A stretch of 64,000 nt of DNA. Source: Octopus sinensis (taxonomy: Eukaryota). The stretch covers positions 64,976,001 through 65,040,000 of the forward strand of contig NC_043007.1 in the NCBI RefSeq assembly GCF_006345805.1. The letters are read 5' to 3'. A program made the translations under genes and the position numbers. The notes below the pieces were generated by a model. The model made no database searches. It was not told the origin of the DNA and worked only from the letters and a program-made list of their open reading frames with translations. Positions 38,400 to 51,999 of the stretch are shown piece by piece; position 1 is the stretch's first letter; the number at the start of each line of letters is the position of its first letter.

Positions 38400-38548
38400 T
38401 ATACAGTTTTCGTCTACCCAATTTCATTCACAAAATATTAATCGACTCGAAGCTATCGAAAAACAGCGTTGCCCAAGACGCTACGCAGTAGAATCTGACC
38501 AATGACCTCGTGGTTGTGAATTCAACTTATCAACCATTTAGCTGTCCT
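38400..38548 (-). mobile_element. SINE family B, decayed
   Basis: cagttttcgtctacccaatttcattcacaa...ttgcccaagacgctacgcagtagaatctga. Confidence 0.6.
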
Positions 38549-38573
38549 AAAGTACCAACTTGATATTATAAAG

Positions 38574-38752
38574 GGTATTTCGTCTGCCGTTACGTTCTGA
38601 GTTCAAATTCCGCCGAGGTCGACTTTTCCTTTCATCCTTCGGGGTCGATAAATTAAGTACCAGTTTCACACTGGGGTCGATGTAATCGACTTAATCCGCT
38701 TGTCTGTCCTTGTTTGGCCCCTCTGTGTTTAGCCCCTTGTGGGTAATAAAGA
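38574..38752 (+). mobile_element. SINE family A (young), 5'-truncated
   Basis: Near identity to 17510-17690. Confidence 0.92.
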
Positions 38753-38783
38753 ATTGGTATGACATATACGGTAACACCATATA

Positions 38784-38994
38784 TAGGGTGTCCATAAATT
38801 ACTTTTACGATTTGCAAAATTAAAAAAAAAATGAAAATAAATGATAAGGAGAATTCAGCAGAGTTTATTGGAAAACATAGGCAAACGAATAACGTAGAGA
38901 CATCAGAACACTTCCACGTAAGCTCCATTGGTTGTACGCAACGGATTTTGACAATACGTTGTGGAAGTTGTAAAGATAATTTATAAACACCCTT
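38784..38994. mobile_element. Tc1/mariner-derived MITE with TA flanks
   Basis: TIRs agggtgtccataaattacttttac / gtaaagataatttataaacaccct (20 of 24 match), with TA on both sides. Internal minus-strand RTTNGAYVEVF* resembles a transposase C-terminus. Confidence 0.8.
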
Positions 38995-39756
38995 TATAAT
39001 AGAATCCATTGTACTGTATTACAGAGTATTAACATGTACAGGTACTGTCGTTGATATAACAACATGGTACTGTATAGGATTCAAATACTAATGTTCATGT
39101 CAACACCTTCTCAGAAAATTTTCCATACATTACGATACAATGCAAATATGTAAAATACAGACATGCTTTTGGGGTGATATGCATAATACCACTCACATCT
39201 ATCAGAGAAACTATAAGAACTACTAGACGTGTGTGTGTATGTGTGTGTGTGTGCGCGCGCGCGCGTGTATAAATATAGAAAGAGAGAGATGTATATATGT
39301 ATTTGTGTGTGCTTGCGTGTGTGTATGTGTGTGTGTGAGTATGTGTGTGCGTGTGTATATATATAAATATATAGAGAGATGTCTATATATATTTGTATGT
39401 GCTTGCGTGAGTATATGTGTGTTTGTGTGTGTGTGTGTGTGTGTGTTTGTACACATATACGAACGTCAGCTGAGCTTATTAGACACGTATACTAGGCAGG
39501 AATCAGTTTTAACATACTAATTTATATACAGCCTCAATCCTATTATTGGCAAAGATATTGTTCTTGACCTCATCTGAAAAATTTCTAATTTCCAGCCTCC
39601 CGAGTTATTACAGTTTCCACCACCATCACTACTACCCCATCTTGCCACACTTTTCCTCCATCTCCTCCTTTATATTATCATTTCTGTTTCATATTTAACC
39701 TTGTTTCTATCCTTCCATCTTTATCAACAAACTCTATGCATTTGTGAGTGTGCGTT

Positions 39757-39788
<32 letters not shown>

Positions 39789-39921
39789 TATATATGTATA
39801 TGCATATAAATATGATTGTGTATGTGTGTGCGTATATATACATATATACATATATACACATATACACATATACATATGCGTATACATATGTGTGTATCTA
39901 TCTATCTATCAATCTATCTAT

Positions 39922-39966
<45 letters not shown>

Positions 39967-40717
39967 CATACATACATACACACATACATACATATATACA
40001 TACATATCCATATATATGTATATACATACATATACATTATGCATATATATATACATATACATACATACATACATACATACATACATACATACATACATAC
40101 ATACACGTATATATTGACCTCTTCAGAGCAATTTCTAATTTTCTAATTGCCAACTTCTATGTATTTATCTCTTTGTTTCCACTCCCTCATACTATCCTTC
40201 AATCTTTCACCCTTTCGTTCTCCTTTCCATTCTTGTTGCATCTGTTATTTCCCTATTTCCCTTTCCTACAAATGAATGCGTTTGTGCTAATGCACTCACG
40301 TACGTACACACGCATGTACGCCACCCCCATACGTATATATATATATATATATATATATACATACATACGTACATACGTACATACATACATGCATACATAC
40401 ATACATACATACATACATACATACATACATACATACATACATACAGAAGCACTCGACCTCATCTGAGCAATTCTGGTTTTTCTTTTTCATATGCTTAAAA
40501 CACCTCACCATTAAAAATCTTTGCTTTCTTCTTGTCTCTTTTCTTTCTATTTTTTTCGTTCCCTGTCTGTCTCTTTCCTTTCACTCCTCATTTGTTTCCT
40601 TGCTCTATTCTTGAATGCACTATTTTTGCCTCCTCCTGTTTCAAAAACCTCTTCAACGACTGGATTTTCATCTATTAGTGCATGCATAGGTAAACGTCAC
40701 TGTTACTGCTGCTGCTG

Positions 40718-40765
<48 letters not shown>

Positions 40766-40819
40766 ATAATAATAATAATAATAATGATAACAACAACAAC
40801 AACAATAATAATGATAATC

Positions 40820-42420
40820 TTTTCTTTACTGTCCACAAGGGTCGAAAGCAAAACAAAAAGTTCGATGCAAAAACATGGAAGAGTGAAGCTTAACACAAAC
40901 ACATGTAAACTATATAAAAACTAACAATTAACCAAAAGAATTAAAACAGTAAAAATCTCCAAAAGTAGGTATCTCCATCTCGGATTCCCGTTCACCTCAA
41001 TCATCAACGATAGCTCAGGCAGGTACCTCTCTCCTCTTCATTCCTTCCGACCTAGAGAGCATGTTCAGAGTAGGCCCATTCACACAGACCAACCTCGTCA
41101 CATTTATCCACCTTTCAACAAATAAACTAAGGAACGACACTTCCATCTCCACCTTCTCTTTTCTGGTGAGAGCTTCGCAAATAAAAGAAAGTATCTGACT
41201 TCTCTCCATTCAATCTCGTCCACCACACAACCTCCCCTTTCCCCATAGCCAAAAGATGGAGAAAATCTGCCTGCTCTTCGCGGTTGAAAGAATGCGGCAG
41301 GGCTTTGCTCACGATCGACTCGGCCGATAACTGGATCCCTCCCACGCGCCTCAACAGCTGTTCGACAAAGCTCCACAAATCAACAATGCCAGGACACTGG
41401 ACGAGTACAAGCAGAATGGTTCCATAACTTTGCGCAGGGATTCCTGGAAATTGTCCATAGGACCTTGTCCGAAAGTCCTCCAGTAAAGACTAGCCAAGTG
41501 ATCTCCCCGACACCCAGAGATTCAATTAGGACATCACTATTCTTGCCTGCCATAAATTCCATATTGAGCTCCAAGGTGGAACATCTACCACGGCATTACC
41601 CGACCGGCTGAGGACTGTGAGCGCTTGCCGGAAATCCAGGTGCCAAGCTAATGGGTGAATGACACAAGCTGCGGAAAATAGTGTTTGACAAATGGCGACC
41701 ACATCTGCCAACTGCCAACTGCCAAAGAAACGCTGGAGACGTGGCAGCCTCAACAAATATGTGCATCATTAACCGCGAAATGCTCAGTCTTCCACCGAGC
41801 GGTTGTTCACAACAAATGAACCGTCTGACGAGCTATATCTGTCTCGACCACAGAAAGCAGAAAAATAAGTACTCTAACATGGTCAGCAACAAAGAATGGC
41901 AGTAGTAGATGGCGGCAATGATGTACATATTCACCACATTCGCCTGATCATTTAGGGACAAGTTCATCTTTGTCCATTTCTGAGTAAGACTAGTTACTCT
42001 GCCTGTCACTTCTCCACCCGGTTTTTGTCCATCTGGAGGTCCGGACCAAATCAAACCCTGTGCAATTTAATCGGTACTTCCATTCACCGCCCCACAATGC
42101 TGGTGGGCAGCTTAGACTTATCTTTCCAAGCCCACCAACTTCTGATTAATCTTTGCTCCTGTCACCGCTTCGTAATCCCTTACGATAATGCCGAACTCCT
42201 CGATTTCTGAGATTCCCAACTCTATTATGGTGGCGTCATCCGCTTAAGCCAACACAAATCTTCCCTATCGAAGTTTATACGGGATGCCCTTCAAAACAAC
42301 TATTTTCCGTAGTAATAGCTCTTGAGCGAGCATGTATAGAAGGGGCGAGACAGGCATCCTTGACGAACCGAATATGCGATGCAAAACGATTCCGATAGGT
42401 GATCATTTACCCTGAATGCT
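40820..42420 (-). mobile_element. Tx1/L1-clade LINE, 3' portion
   Basis: Minus strand NDHLSESFCIAYSVRQGC, ADD (~42240), LIWSGP...QKWTKMNLSL...NVVNMYIIAAIYY and C-terminal LFVERW; 3' end abuts a (TAA)/(TAC) microsatellite. Confidence 0.85.
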
Positions 42421-42599
42421 AGTGCAAGTGCCATCCCTCTGTCTTTCAATCTTAACCTATATGCACTTATTCAGGGCAAACCAGTTTACTCGAACTAGCA
42501 TTTCTCATCCATTATCAAAAAGTTTGCTGTGAGCCAACACAGCAATTTCCTTTTCAAGTGAGAATTGACGAGGATTTGACCAAAGAAGAAATGTTTATC

Positions 42600-45500
42600 G
42601 TGAGGAGACTACACTGACAAACCGAGCACATGAAGCTGAAAGGTTCTGCTAGGTGGCCATAAACCCTAACAACTGAGCAGTGGTCGCAGTAAATTACAAC
42701 AATCCAACCGAAAGATGGAACCGAAACTGTTTGTCGTGAGGACAAACCGTCAAGTATTGTGGTCGACACTACCGAAAACTTTCAATTAATCTAAATTTAT
42801 ACCTGCCTTTTCTATGATGTATCGCAGGTCGTAGAGATTGTGGATATATATATTTGGGATGGTGCATGTTTGTGCATCATCAATCAGACCTGAAACTACA
42901 AGCACCAAGACCTTAGATAACACCTTGGCCAAAATGTTGATATCTGTGTTTATCAGAATTATGGGCCGAAAATTATCATGTGTGATTCCTCTTAGGTCAT
43001 TTCTTATCAGCGTCATTGATCCTTGACTCAGAACTGGAGATTCTCCCATTCTTCTGCTAATTGCAGCAGGTATTTTCTAAAAAGTCGCCCAACTACTTTG
43101 ACATAAAAAAGTAAAACTCTTAGGGCAAACCAGGCAATTTGTTTGTCGTGCAGCCGACTATAGTTTTTCGTGCCACCTCTCTTGCTGCAGGCTGTTGAGG
43201 GAGGCAGTGAAATTCTGAACAGTCGAACAAAGTGCAGTTGGAAAGCCGTAACATATTCTTGGTGTCGCGTAACATACGCTTATTGTGGCCTGCTTAATAT
43301 CGAATAGTAGTTTTACTGTCTCGTTGTGTCTCCGTCACTCGGACCTACTGAACAACTTTCAACCCATAGTATCTTAGAGCATGCGTCTTAGCTCTGGTAA
43401 AGAATTAATCTCTCCGCGAGCACATCAATTGCTTTTCCTAAGTGCCTCTTCCAAGATTTTAAATAGGTCTCTCTATTCTTGTTTCCCTATCGTTATAACT
43501 TCATCGCTTCTATTCTAATGGCACTTTCCAGTGTGAACCATTTGTTGTTGGCAACAGTTCCCGTCAATGTCCGCTTAACTAATTCACTAATCTGGTCTTT
43601 GTAAGCGTAGCTGGGAGTGACGCTTTCAGCTTCCAGTAATTGGGTTCCTGTTTGCAAAACTTATGTCGACCACACAAGCCACAGAATCTTGCAATCTGTG
43701 TAGAAGACGAGTTTAAATTATGGATAACCTATACTCTCTTTATCCCAATGTGGTTTGTCCATGTCCACATCGCTACAGTAGGAAATCCGTTCGGTATTTG
43801 TCAGATAGTTTGAAACTGGTTTCCAACGTCGTTGCTGCTCATGTCCAAGACCACCAACTTACCTTCTACGTTCAAGAAAATAGTCGGTATTATGAGATCC
43901 AGACCTTTTGGAAACAATTCATACACTCCTCTTCCAAATCCCTGTCAGCATGGAGATGTGTACACTTCGCATGTACTGAAAATAGGCGTGAAATTTCAGT
44001 AGTTCTGGTTTCGATGGTGGTCACCACATCTATATTTGGTGACCCAAGATGTTTGGGCAAATGGTCCTGCTTCCATGGCGCTCCCAGATCACGTGCAATT
44101 GCACTATCTACTCTAAGTAAGGTCATTTGACAGGAGGAGAAAGGTGACAAGTGCATACCTTATTCCTGTTTTCCATTAACAATTTTTTACGATCTTTTTT
44201 TATTTCACCTGAAGTTTCCTACTCCTTTGGGGTATATATTTTTTATAGAGTTGTATGTAAGCAGTAATATTTGGATAATATTAAATAGGCTGGGACGCTA
44301 TTTGTTAACATAATAGTTATTATGTGTAATGTTGGCGTATGTGCTCTATTAGTTCTTTATTGCAAGTTTTTATGGTTATGTAGTTAGTTATTTCTTCTTC
44401 GTCTGCGTTGGATTTGATTGTTGTTATGATTGCAAATTAGGTTGTGCTTGTAATAGCGGTGTCTGTGAGGGGGTGGTGGTGATGATGAGGATGATGGTTT
44501 TTTTTTTCATAAGACTGGTGTAATTGCTGCTGGGGATGGTGTCGGCACATTGTTTTTCAAAAGAATATCCCCTATTTGGTAATGTCTGCCACGTACTCTA
44601 GGTACCAGGCTCGCTGCTCCGGCTACTGTTTGATCCTGGACAGCAGCTCTGTCAAAGAAACGAGCTGTGGAAAAGCGCGTCTGGTAAACGGCAGTCATAC
44701 CTACTCACCATCAAGAAAACTCTCGGGATGTCACAACCTCAGCACATGTCTGCAGATCAATAATCATGGCATGCTCAATTCTCTAGACACCGGATGTTGA
44801 CAGCAAATGAACCGTATGATTAGCAGAACACGTTCATTCTACAGGAAGCGGAAGATCAAGCATTCTATCCTGGTTAGCCATGAAGTATGGCAAGGAACGA
44901 CGGTCAGGCAGTTATAGATGACGGTTGTAATGTAAGCGTTCACTACCTCGGTCTGAGCCTTCGGGGACAGTTACCGCTCAGCATATTTCCGGTTGAGATT
45001 GTCCAGACTTCTCATCACTGTTCTTGTCCGCCTACGGATCTGAAACAAACTAAACCCTCAGTAATTTAACTTGTCCGTCCGTCTAGCGTCGCACGATAAT
45101 TTCGGACGGCTTCTGCAGGTTCAACAGCTTTTCCTTGTTAATATTTGTTCCTTTCTTTGTTTATTTCTATTTTTTCGGTTACCACTCCTCGTAAGATGCG
45201 GTTTCCACGCAGGAAAGAACAATGCAGGGGGGGGGGGTGTTTCCGTATATTCATGTGTGTCTTTATGTTTGAAGGAGTCGGGAGGGGGGGGGGTAAGATG
45301 CAGAGTTAGGTTGTTATTAATGTCGTTTTTGATATTGCTGGTTTTGCTGTCACTGTTGGTGTTGCTACTGCTGCCGTTGTTGTCATATATGCAACTGTTT
45401 GTGTTGCCGCTACTGATGTTGGTGTTTGTAGGAGTGTCCATTGCCGCAGCTATGAAAGCTGTACGCTGCTGTTGTTGGAATGTAGTATCAGCAATGCTAG

Positions 45501-46030
45501 GGGAGAGGATTTCTGCCTCTATTTTCGTTGAGGATAGAAAGAACTTAAGTGGCTTCCAATGCTACACAAGTGGTACCTCGGCCTTTTGCTTTCAATCGTA
45601 ACGCGTAGCAGCTCTTCATTGGACCGGTGGAGATTGTCTGGAATAGTTTTCAAGGTCTTTAGTTTGATCTGGATGTGGATCTCCGATGTGGCTCAAAAGG
45701 AAATCTCCTTGTCAGCACGTTTTACGTCGAGGACGGTGTTGCTTGCCTTCCGAGACAATACAAACCAAAATCCACCTGGCTGGAGATCTGTAGGAACTTG
45801 ATTTAACATGACGGACTTGTCCGTCTTCCTTTGAGTAAACACGACAGCTCTTAGTCGTATTTGGGAATTATGGATTGAAAATAGCCTCTACACTACCGAA
45901 CTGTCTTGCCATGATCACATATTCTGTCTTACACATCTTTGAATGTTCTTTCCACTCGGTGTGTGGCGTTGCTTACAGGCATCGCGTTATTGCCATCACA
46001 CAGCGATGCAACATCATTTTCTTCGTAGTT
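42600..46030 (-). mobile_element. Tx1/L1-clade LINE, 5' portion (ORF1 relic, endonuclease, RT N-half)
   Basis: NFRPIILINTDINILAKVL...DDAQT; QEPNYWKLKAS (~43620-43650); NIDVVTTIETR (APE); ORF1 knuckle remnant HLCSIGSHLSSF (~45535-45572). Interrupted at ~44560-45120. Confidence 0.8.
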
Positions 46031-46305
46031 AATACCAACATCTCAGGTGTGATTGCTGTTTGAGCTCTCCCCTAGTTCACTTTCACATGTTGCGTTGTCT
46101 GTGTTACGCCTGCCGCCTTGTTCGGGGAAATATTTATTGTTGACTTTACCGCTATGCCAGCAAAAGTGGAGTCTCTCCCCGCCACTTAATTTGTCGTCGT
46201 CGTCTTCGTCATTGTTGTAGCTGCTGTCGTTGTTGCTGCTGCTGCTTTTGTTGTTGATATATTCACTCTGGTTGTTGCTGATGTCTCTGAGTTGATTTTG
46301 CTGTT

Positions 46306-46530
46306 GAGCTGGCAGAAACGTTAGCATGCCGGGCGAAATGCGGAGCCGTATTTCGTCTGCCGTTACGTTCTGAGTTCAAATTCCGCCGAGGTCGACTTTG
46401 CCTTTCATCCTTTCGGGGTCGATTAAATAAGTAGCAGTTACGCACTGGGGTCGATATAATCGACTTAATCCGTTTGTCTGTCCTTGTTTGTCCTCTCTGT
46501 GTTTAGCCCCTTGTGGGTAGTAAAGAAATA
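46306..46530 (+). mobile_element. SINE family A (young)
   Basis: Near identity to 17468-17693. Confidence 0.92.
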
Positions 46531-46960
46531 GATATTGTTACTGAGGTAGTTCTTGTTGTTGTCGGTGTCGCTGCTGTTGATAAAAACTTGCTGATATCAC
46601 TGTTGCTGTTGTTATTGTAAATGTCGATGATGTTCGTAATGTTCTCGTATTCGTCAGTGCTATTTTTCTGTCACTGCCATCGATAATAGGCAAGCTGAAG
46701 TAAGAGTAATCATTTCCTTACCTACCATTTCATTCAGTTTTGTAGGCGTTTGTTTTGGTGTCGCCCTGATTTTAAACATTAAAAATGTACAACATGGTGA
46801 AATTTTTGTTAAGGCCTATAGTTACTGTTGTCCTTTTTATAGAGTGAACCAGAGGTCCTTAGCTAATGTCAATAAATAAATAAACAAACAAATAAACAAA
46901 CTTATTTCCAACAAAAATAAGAAACCTTTTACGAGTATATGGAGCGAAGCACATCGAACA

Positions 46961-47017
<57 letters not shown>

Positions 47018-47018
<1 letters not shown>

Positions 47019-47182
47019 GTTTCAAATTTTCCCACAATGCTTCACTGGTACTTAATTTATCGACGCCGAAAGAATGAAAGTAAAGTCGACCTCGGCGGAA
47101 TTTGAAATTAGAACGTAAAGACGTGTGAATTGCAGCAAAGCAGTTTACACGGCGTATAAACAGTTCTGCCAGCTCGCTGCCT

Positions 47183-47238
<56 letters not shown>

Positions 47239-47415
47239 GTACTGGCACAAGTCCTGAAATTTTGAAGGAGGGCACTAGTCGGTTACATCGATTTCAGTGT
47301 TTCAATGGTACTCAATTTATTGACTCCGAAAGGATGAAAGGCTAAGTCGACTCGGCAGAATTTGAACTCAGCGCGTAAGGATGGGTGTACTAACGATTCT
47401 GCCAACTCGCCGCCT

Positions 47416-47416
<1 letters not shown>
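47018..47416 (-). mobile_element. two tandem SINE family A (old) copies separated and flanked by (TAA)n/(TAC)n
   Basis: Copies at ~47018-47183 and ~47240-47416, each ending on the plus strand in ctgccagctcgctgcctt / ctgccaactcgccgcctt. Confidence 0.85.
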
Positions 47417-47466
<50 letters not shown>

Positions 47467-48063
47467 GTCTACTACTGATGTCCATATCGTTGAATTTCTG
47501 ATTTTTTTGTTTTTTCTTCCTTTTCTTTTTATAAGTCTTGTTGTGGTTTACAGTTTTTGTAATTGTGCAGTTCATATATATTTTGGCAGGTGCTTACCTC
47601 CTTAATTCTTTTATCGTGCATTTAATTGTGTTGTTGCAATAAAAGCTATGTTTACATATTCGGGCAGACAAGGAGAAAAGAAAGATAAAATTTTCACATG
47701 AAATTGTAGATATTAAAGTTCTAAAGTTTTCTAGAGATGTTAGTTTGTATGTCCAATTAGAGAAGACAGTAGTGTTTTTGCAATAAAAAAGAAGGGTGTT
47801 TACATTTTCGAATACTCAAGGAGAAAGGAAAGGTTGTAGATATTAAAGTTTTTAAAGCTGATCGTTTGTGTGTTCGAAAATTGTAGATATGTAAGTTTCT
47901 TAACTTATTTTGAGGGAAATTTAAAATACTCACAAAAAATTGTAGATGTTCCAGCTTTGAGAGTTATTTTTCCGTTGTCCTGCTGGGTTATATTAGTATT
48001 TCGGTTACTGAATGGTCAGAGCAGCGTATAAAACGTCCATCCGCTGTCAAGGTTGGCGCTACG

Positions 48064-48134
<71 letters not shown>

Positions 48135-48267
48135 TTATTATTATTACTATTATTCCTTCATCATTAATTATAGGCTGGTAGCTTTGAGCTAACCCATATT
48201 CAACAGCAAGTACCGGTATATTTACAGAGTGCGTGCATGTGTGTACATGTGTGTGTGTGTGTGTGTG

Positions 48268-48299
<32 letters not shown>

Positions 48300-48300
<1 letters not shown>

Positions 48301-50540
48301 GGTGAGTTAAGCACGGGTGATGTGAGAGAACAAGTGCCTAATCGGAAAGCCCCCGGAACAGATGGGATTCATGGCTTCTTGTTGAAGAGATGCCACGCGG
48401 TGCATGAAACACTGGCAGCCCATTTGAATGTGTGTCCAGAAAGGTACAGTCCCCGCGTGGATGGTGACTGTGAGGACAACACTTGTAATGAAAGATAAAA
48501 GAAAGGGGAATATTGTGGGAAACTACCGTCCCATAGCCTGCCTAATCATAATCTGGAAGATGCTCACTGGAATATGTGCGGCAAAGACATACACTTTCCT
48601 GGCACAGGAAGAAACACTACCAAGGGGACAAAAAGAATGTAGCAAGAGTTCTCAGGGTACCAAGGATCACCTGGTCATCGATAAAAGTTTTGAGGCATTG
48701 TAAAAAACATCATACAAACATGTCTATGGCTTGGATTGACTTTAACAAGGCATATATGATTCCTCATTCTTGGATCGTTGAATGTCCTCAGATGTTTGGT
48801 GTTGCTAACAACATCACAAATTTTCTGATGCATAGCATGAAAGAGTGGAAAACCAAATTGTACTCAAATAATGTATTCCTTGGAGAAGTTAATGTTAAAA
48901 GGGGAATCTTCCAAGGTGACTCTTTTTCATTGCTATTTGTAATTCCACTAATATCCATAACAATGACACTTAGGAAAGTTAAGATGGGTTACCGATGTGG
49001 GAAGAAAGGCCTATCATTGAACCATCTTCTGTTTATGGAGGACCTGAAATTGTTTGGGAAATCTGAAAAACGATAGATTTCTTAACCAAAACAGTCCAGA
49101 AGTGTGGTAAGGACATCGCTATGGAATTTAGGAGTACCAAAAAAAAGTGGGAAGAAAGCAGCCTGTAGAGGATTGCGGTTACCATCAGGAGAGACCATAG
49201 GTGAACCCGACAGTAGAGGGTATAACTATTTAGAGATTTTAGAGCTGGGTGACATTCTACACAGAGAAATGAAAGTCAAGGTCAGCGAAGCGTATCAGAA
49301 GAGGGTGAAGATGGTGTTGAAATTCAACCTGAATGCCAAGAATTCGATTACCGCAATGAATTTCTGGGCAGTTGCGGTGGTTAGATATAGTTCGTCCATC
49401 CTCAAATGGACTAAGGAGGAAATATCAACATTGGATAAAAAGACAAGAAAGTTGATGACGCTGCATGAGGCGCTACACCCTGAAGCAAACGTAAACACAC
49501 TATATATGAAAAGAAAGAATGGTGGCAGAGGACTAATTAGTATAGACCATTGTATAAGGAGTGCACTTGCCGAGTATTTGATAAATAGGGATGAAGACCA
49601 ACTGCAATATGCCGCGAAAGGTATGGGTGTAAATGCAGATGAAATGATGGGCAAGGAAGAGTTTAACCAAAGAGCCGAGGAGAAGAAAAAAGAAGACCTT
49701 GAAATGAGAATGCATGAACAGTTTGAAAGGAATAAACAAAACGTACGGATAATACAGCATCGTGGGCAAGACTTCAGCTAGGTGATTTAAAGCGTACCAC
49801 CGAAAGCCTGATCATTGCTGCACAAAACCAGGCTCTCGCTACCAATTCAGGGAAGTATGACATCTATAAAACTTCTGATACCCAGAAATGCAAACTCTGT
49901 GGAAAGAGTGGAAAATGTGACCCACTTGGTAAGTGGATGTGAAAGCTTTGCACAAGAAGAATACAAGCGTCACCACAATAAAGTGTGTGTGTATATTCAT
50001 TGGCTCTTATGCCGTAAATACCAATATGAAGTAACAGAGAACGGGTATGAGCATGTACCAAGTAAAGTTATGTAGGAGGATGGAAAAGTCTCGATACTCT
50101 GGGACTATGATTTTCAGACGGGTCGTGTAATCGAACACCATAGGCCGGATATTGTCATATTGAATAAGAAAGACAAATACTGTCAGATCATTGATGTAGC
50201 CATAGAAAATGACATGAATGTTGTGAGTAAAGAGGTTGAAAAAAATTATCAAGTACTCCGAATTGAAAGTGGAAACGGCAAGACTGTATGGAATGCAAGA
50301 GGGTAATGTAAAAGTGATACCAGTGGTGATCGGAGCGTTGGGCTGAATCCCATTGAAACTTCAAAACTTCTTTAGGCAACTGGAAACCCCATGCAAAATT
50401 GATGTCTTGCAAAAAGCAGCCTTATTGGGCACAGCTCACATCTTCAGGAAAGTATTATCTGCCTGAGGTCCTTGTTGTGACTTGACAAATGACTAAAGAC
50501 TCCTGTTCATTTTTACCTGTACTGTGTTACGAAGGAATAA
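48300..50540 (+). mobile_element. Dong/R4-like RLE LINE, 5'-truncated, frameshifted
   Basis: RKAPGTDGIHGF; NYRPIACL; AWIDFNKAY; RGIFQGDS; NHLLFMEDLKLF; LHPEANVNTLYMKRKNGGRGL; CKLC...HLVSGC; YKRHHNKV; HRPDIV...IIDVAI. Ends in a (TAA)n run. Confidence 0.95.
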
Positions 50541-50557
50541 TAATGATAATAATAATC

Positions 50558-50730
50558 GTTTAAATTTTACTCAAGGCTTGCAATTTTGAGGAGAGAGTAA
50601 GTCGATTACATCGAGCCCAGTGTTCGACTGGTACTTTATTTTATCAGGCCAGTGGGATGGAAGACGAAGTTGATCTCTGTGTGATTTGAACTCAAGATGC
50701 AAGGCGATTCAACTAAATATCATTTTGTCC
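50558..50730 (-). mobile_element. SINE family A (old)
   Basis: taagtcgattacatcgagcccagtgttcgactggtactttattttatc...atttgaactc. Confidence 0.75.
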
Positions 50731-51255
50731 GAAATTTATTAATTCTAACATGGTCTGGTCAACTCTCAACATGCACCAACCGTTTACCCTCATATTTGAG
50801 GCAATCTTTCTAAATTTGTAAGTTTACCTTACCAGTCCTATATGATCCGACCCCAGTATTGAGACAAATCATCTTACAATGTATTTTTTTTTATTGTGCT
50901 TAGCATTTATATTTTGTGTAATCGATTCTAAGTACTCTCTATTGATTTTGAAATTTGTTCTTCTATTGTCCATTCGCATGTTACTCATGTGGCAAATGGA
51001 AGAAATAATTTTCTTATAAGAAAAAAAAGAGGGACAGGAAGAATAAAAGAAATAAGAATCAGTGAATGAAAAATAAATAAACAAAATATCATAATTTCTG
51101 GGCCATTTTCCAGTTTTTACAAAATAATAGCAGTAAATGAACTTATGTCAATCTGTCTGTTCGTTGTTTTGTCTATGCGTGTACGCCTCTCTATATACCA
51201 GTTGATTATTTTCAGTTATATCTATGAATATATATATACATGTGTGTGTGTGTGT

Positions 51256-51298
<43 letters not shown>

Positions 51299-51544
51299 CG
51301 TGTGTATGTGTGTTGCAGTATAGATATCTGTCTCGCGTTGGTCTATATAATACATGCATATTCATTAGGAATTATTACAGACAAATTTATATTATCTCTC
51401 TATGCGGTTTGCTAATGCACTTATACGGAAACACACACACATACACTTACACGCGCACACACACATTTACACACAGAGCCACACACATACGCATACCCAC
51501 ATGCGCGCATACAAAGAGATATCATTATAGAAATAATCTTTTCT

Positions 51545-51731
51545 ACTTTAGGTGCAAGGCCCGAACTTTTGGGAGAGGGAGCCAGTCGTAACTGGTACTT
51601 AATTTATCGACCTCGAAAGGATGAAAGGCAAAGTCGACCTCGGTGGAATTTGAACTCAGAAGGTAAGAACAGACAAAATACCGCTAAGCATTTCGCCCGG
51701 CGTGCTAACGTTTCTGCCAGCCCGCCGCCTA
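51545..51731 (-). mobile_element. SINE family A
   Basis: ctggtacttaatttatcgacctcgaaaggatgaaaggcaaagtcgacctcgg...tttctgccagcccgccgcc. Confidence 0.88.
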
Positions 51732-51999
51732 ATTATAGAGATAATATCTACAATCCACTTATAAACCGCATATACAATACTTACGTATCTATGATTTTCC
51801 ATTAGTAAGACATGATTTAAAGACATTTTATATTGAAATAACTCAGTTAAAGGAAGCGCTGTGCATATGTTCATGTGTATATGCATGTGCGTAAGTATGT
51901 ACGAACAAACGTAGATGCGTGTAAATGCATGTAGGTGTATATGTATGCCAGTGTATCCGTATATATACATATATGTATGTGTATATCCAACATGGAGAT

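Noticed and set aside
47700-47960. Four copies of ttgtagatat/gt motifs
   Set aside because: Irregular spacing and short match; too weak to call an array.
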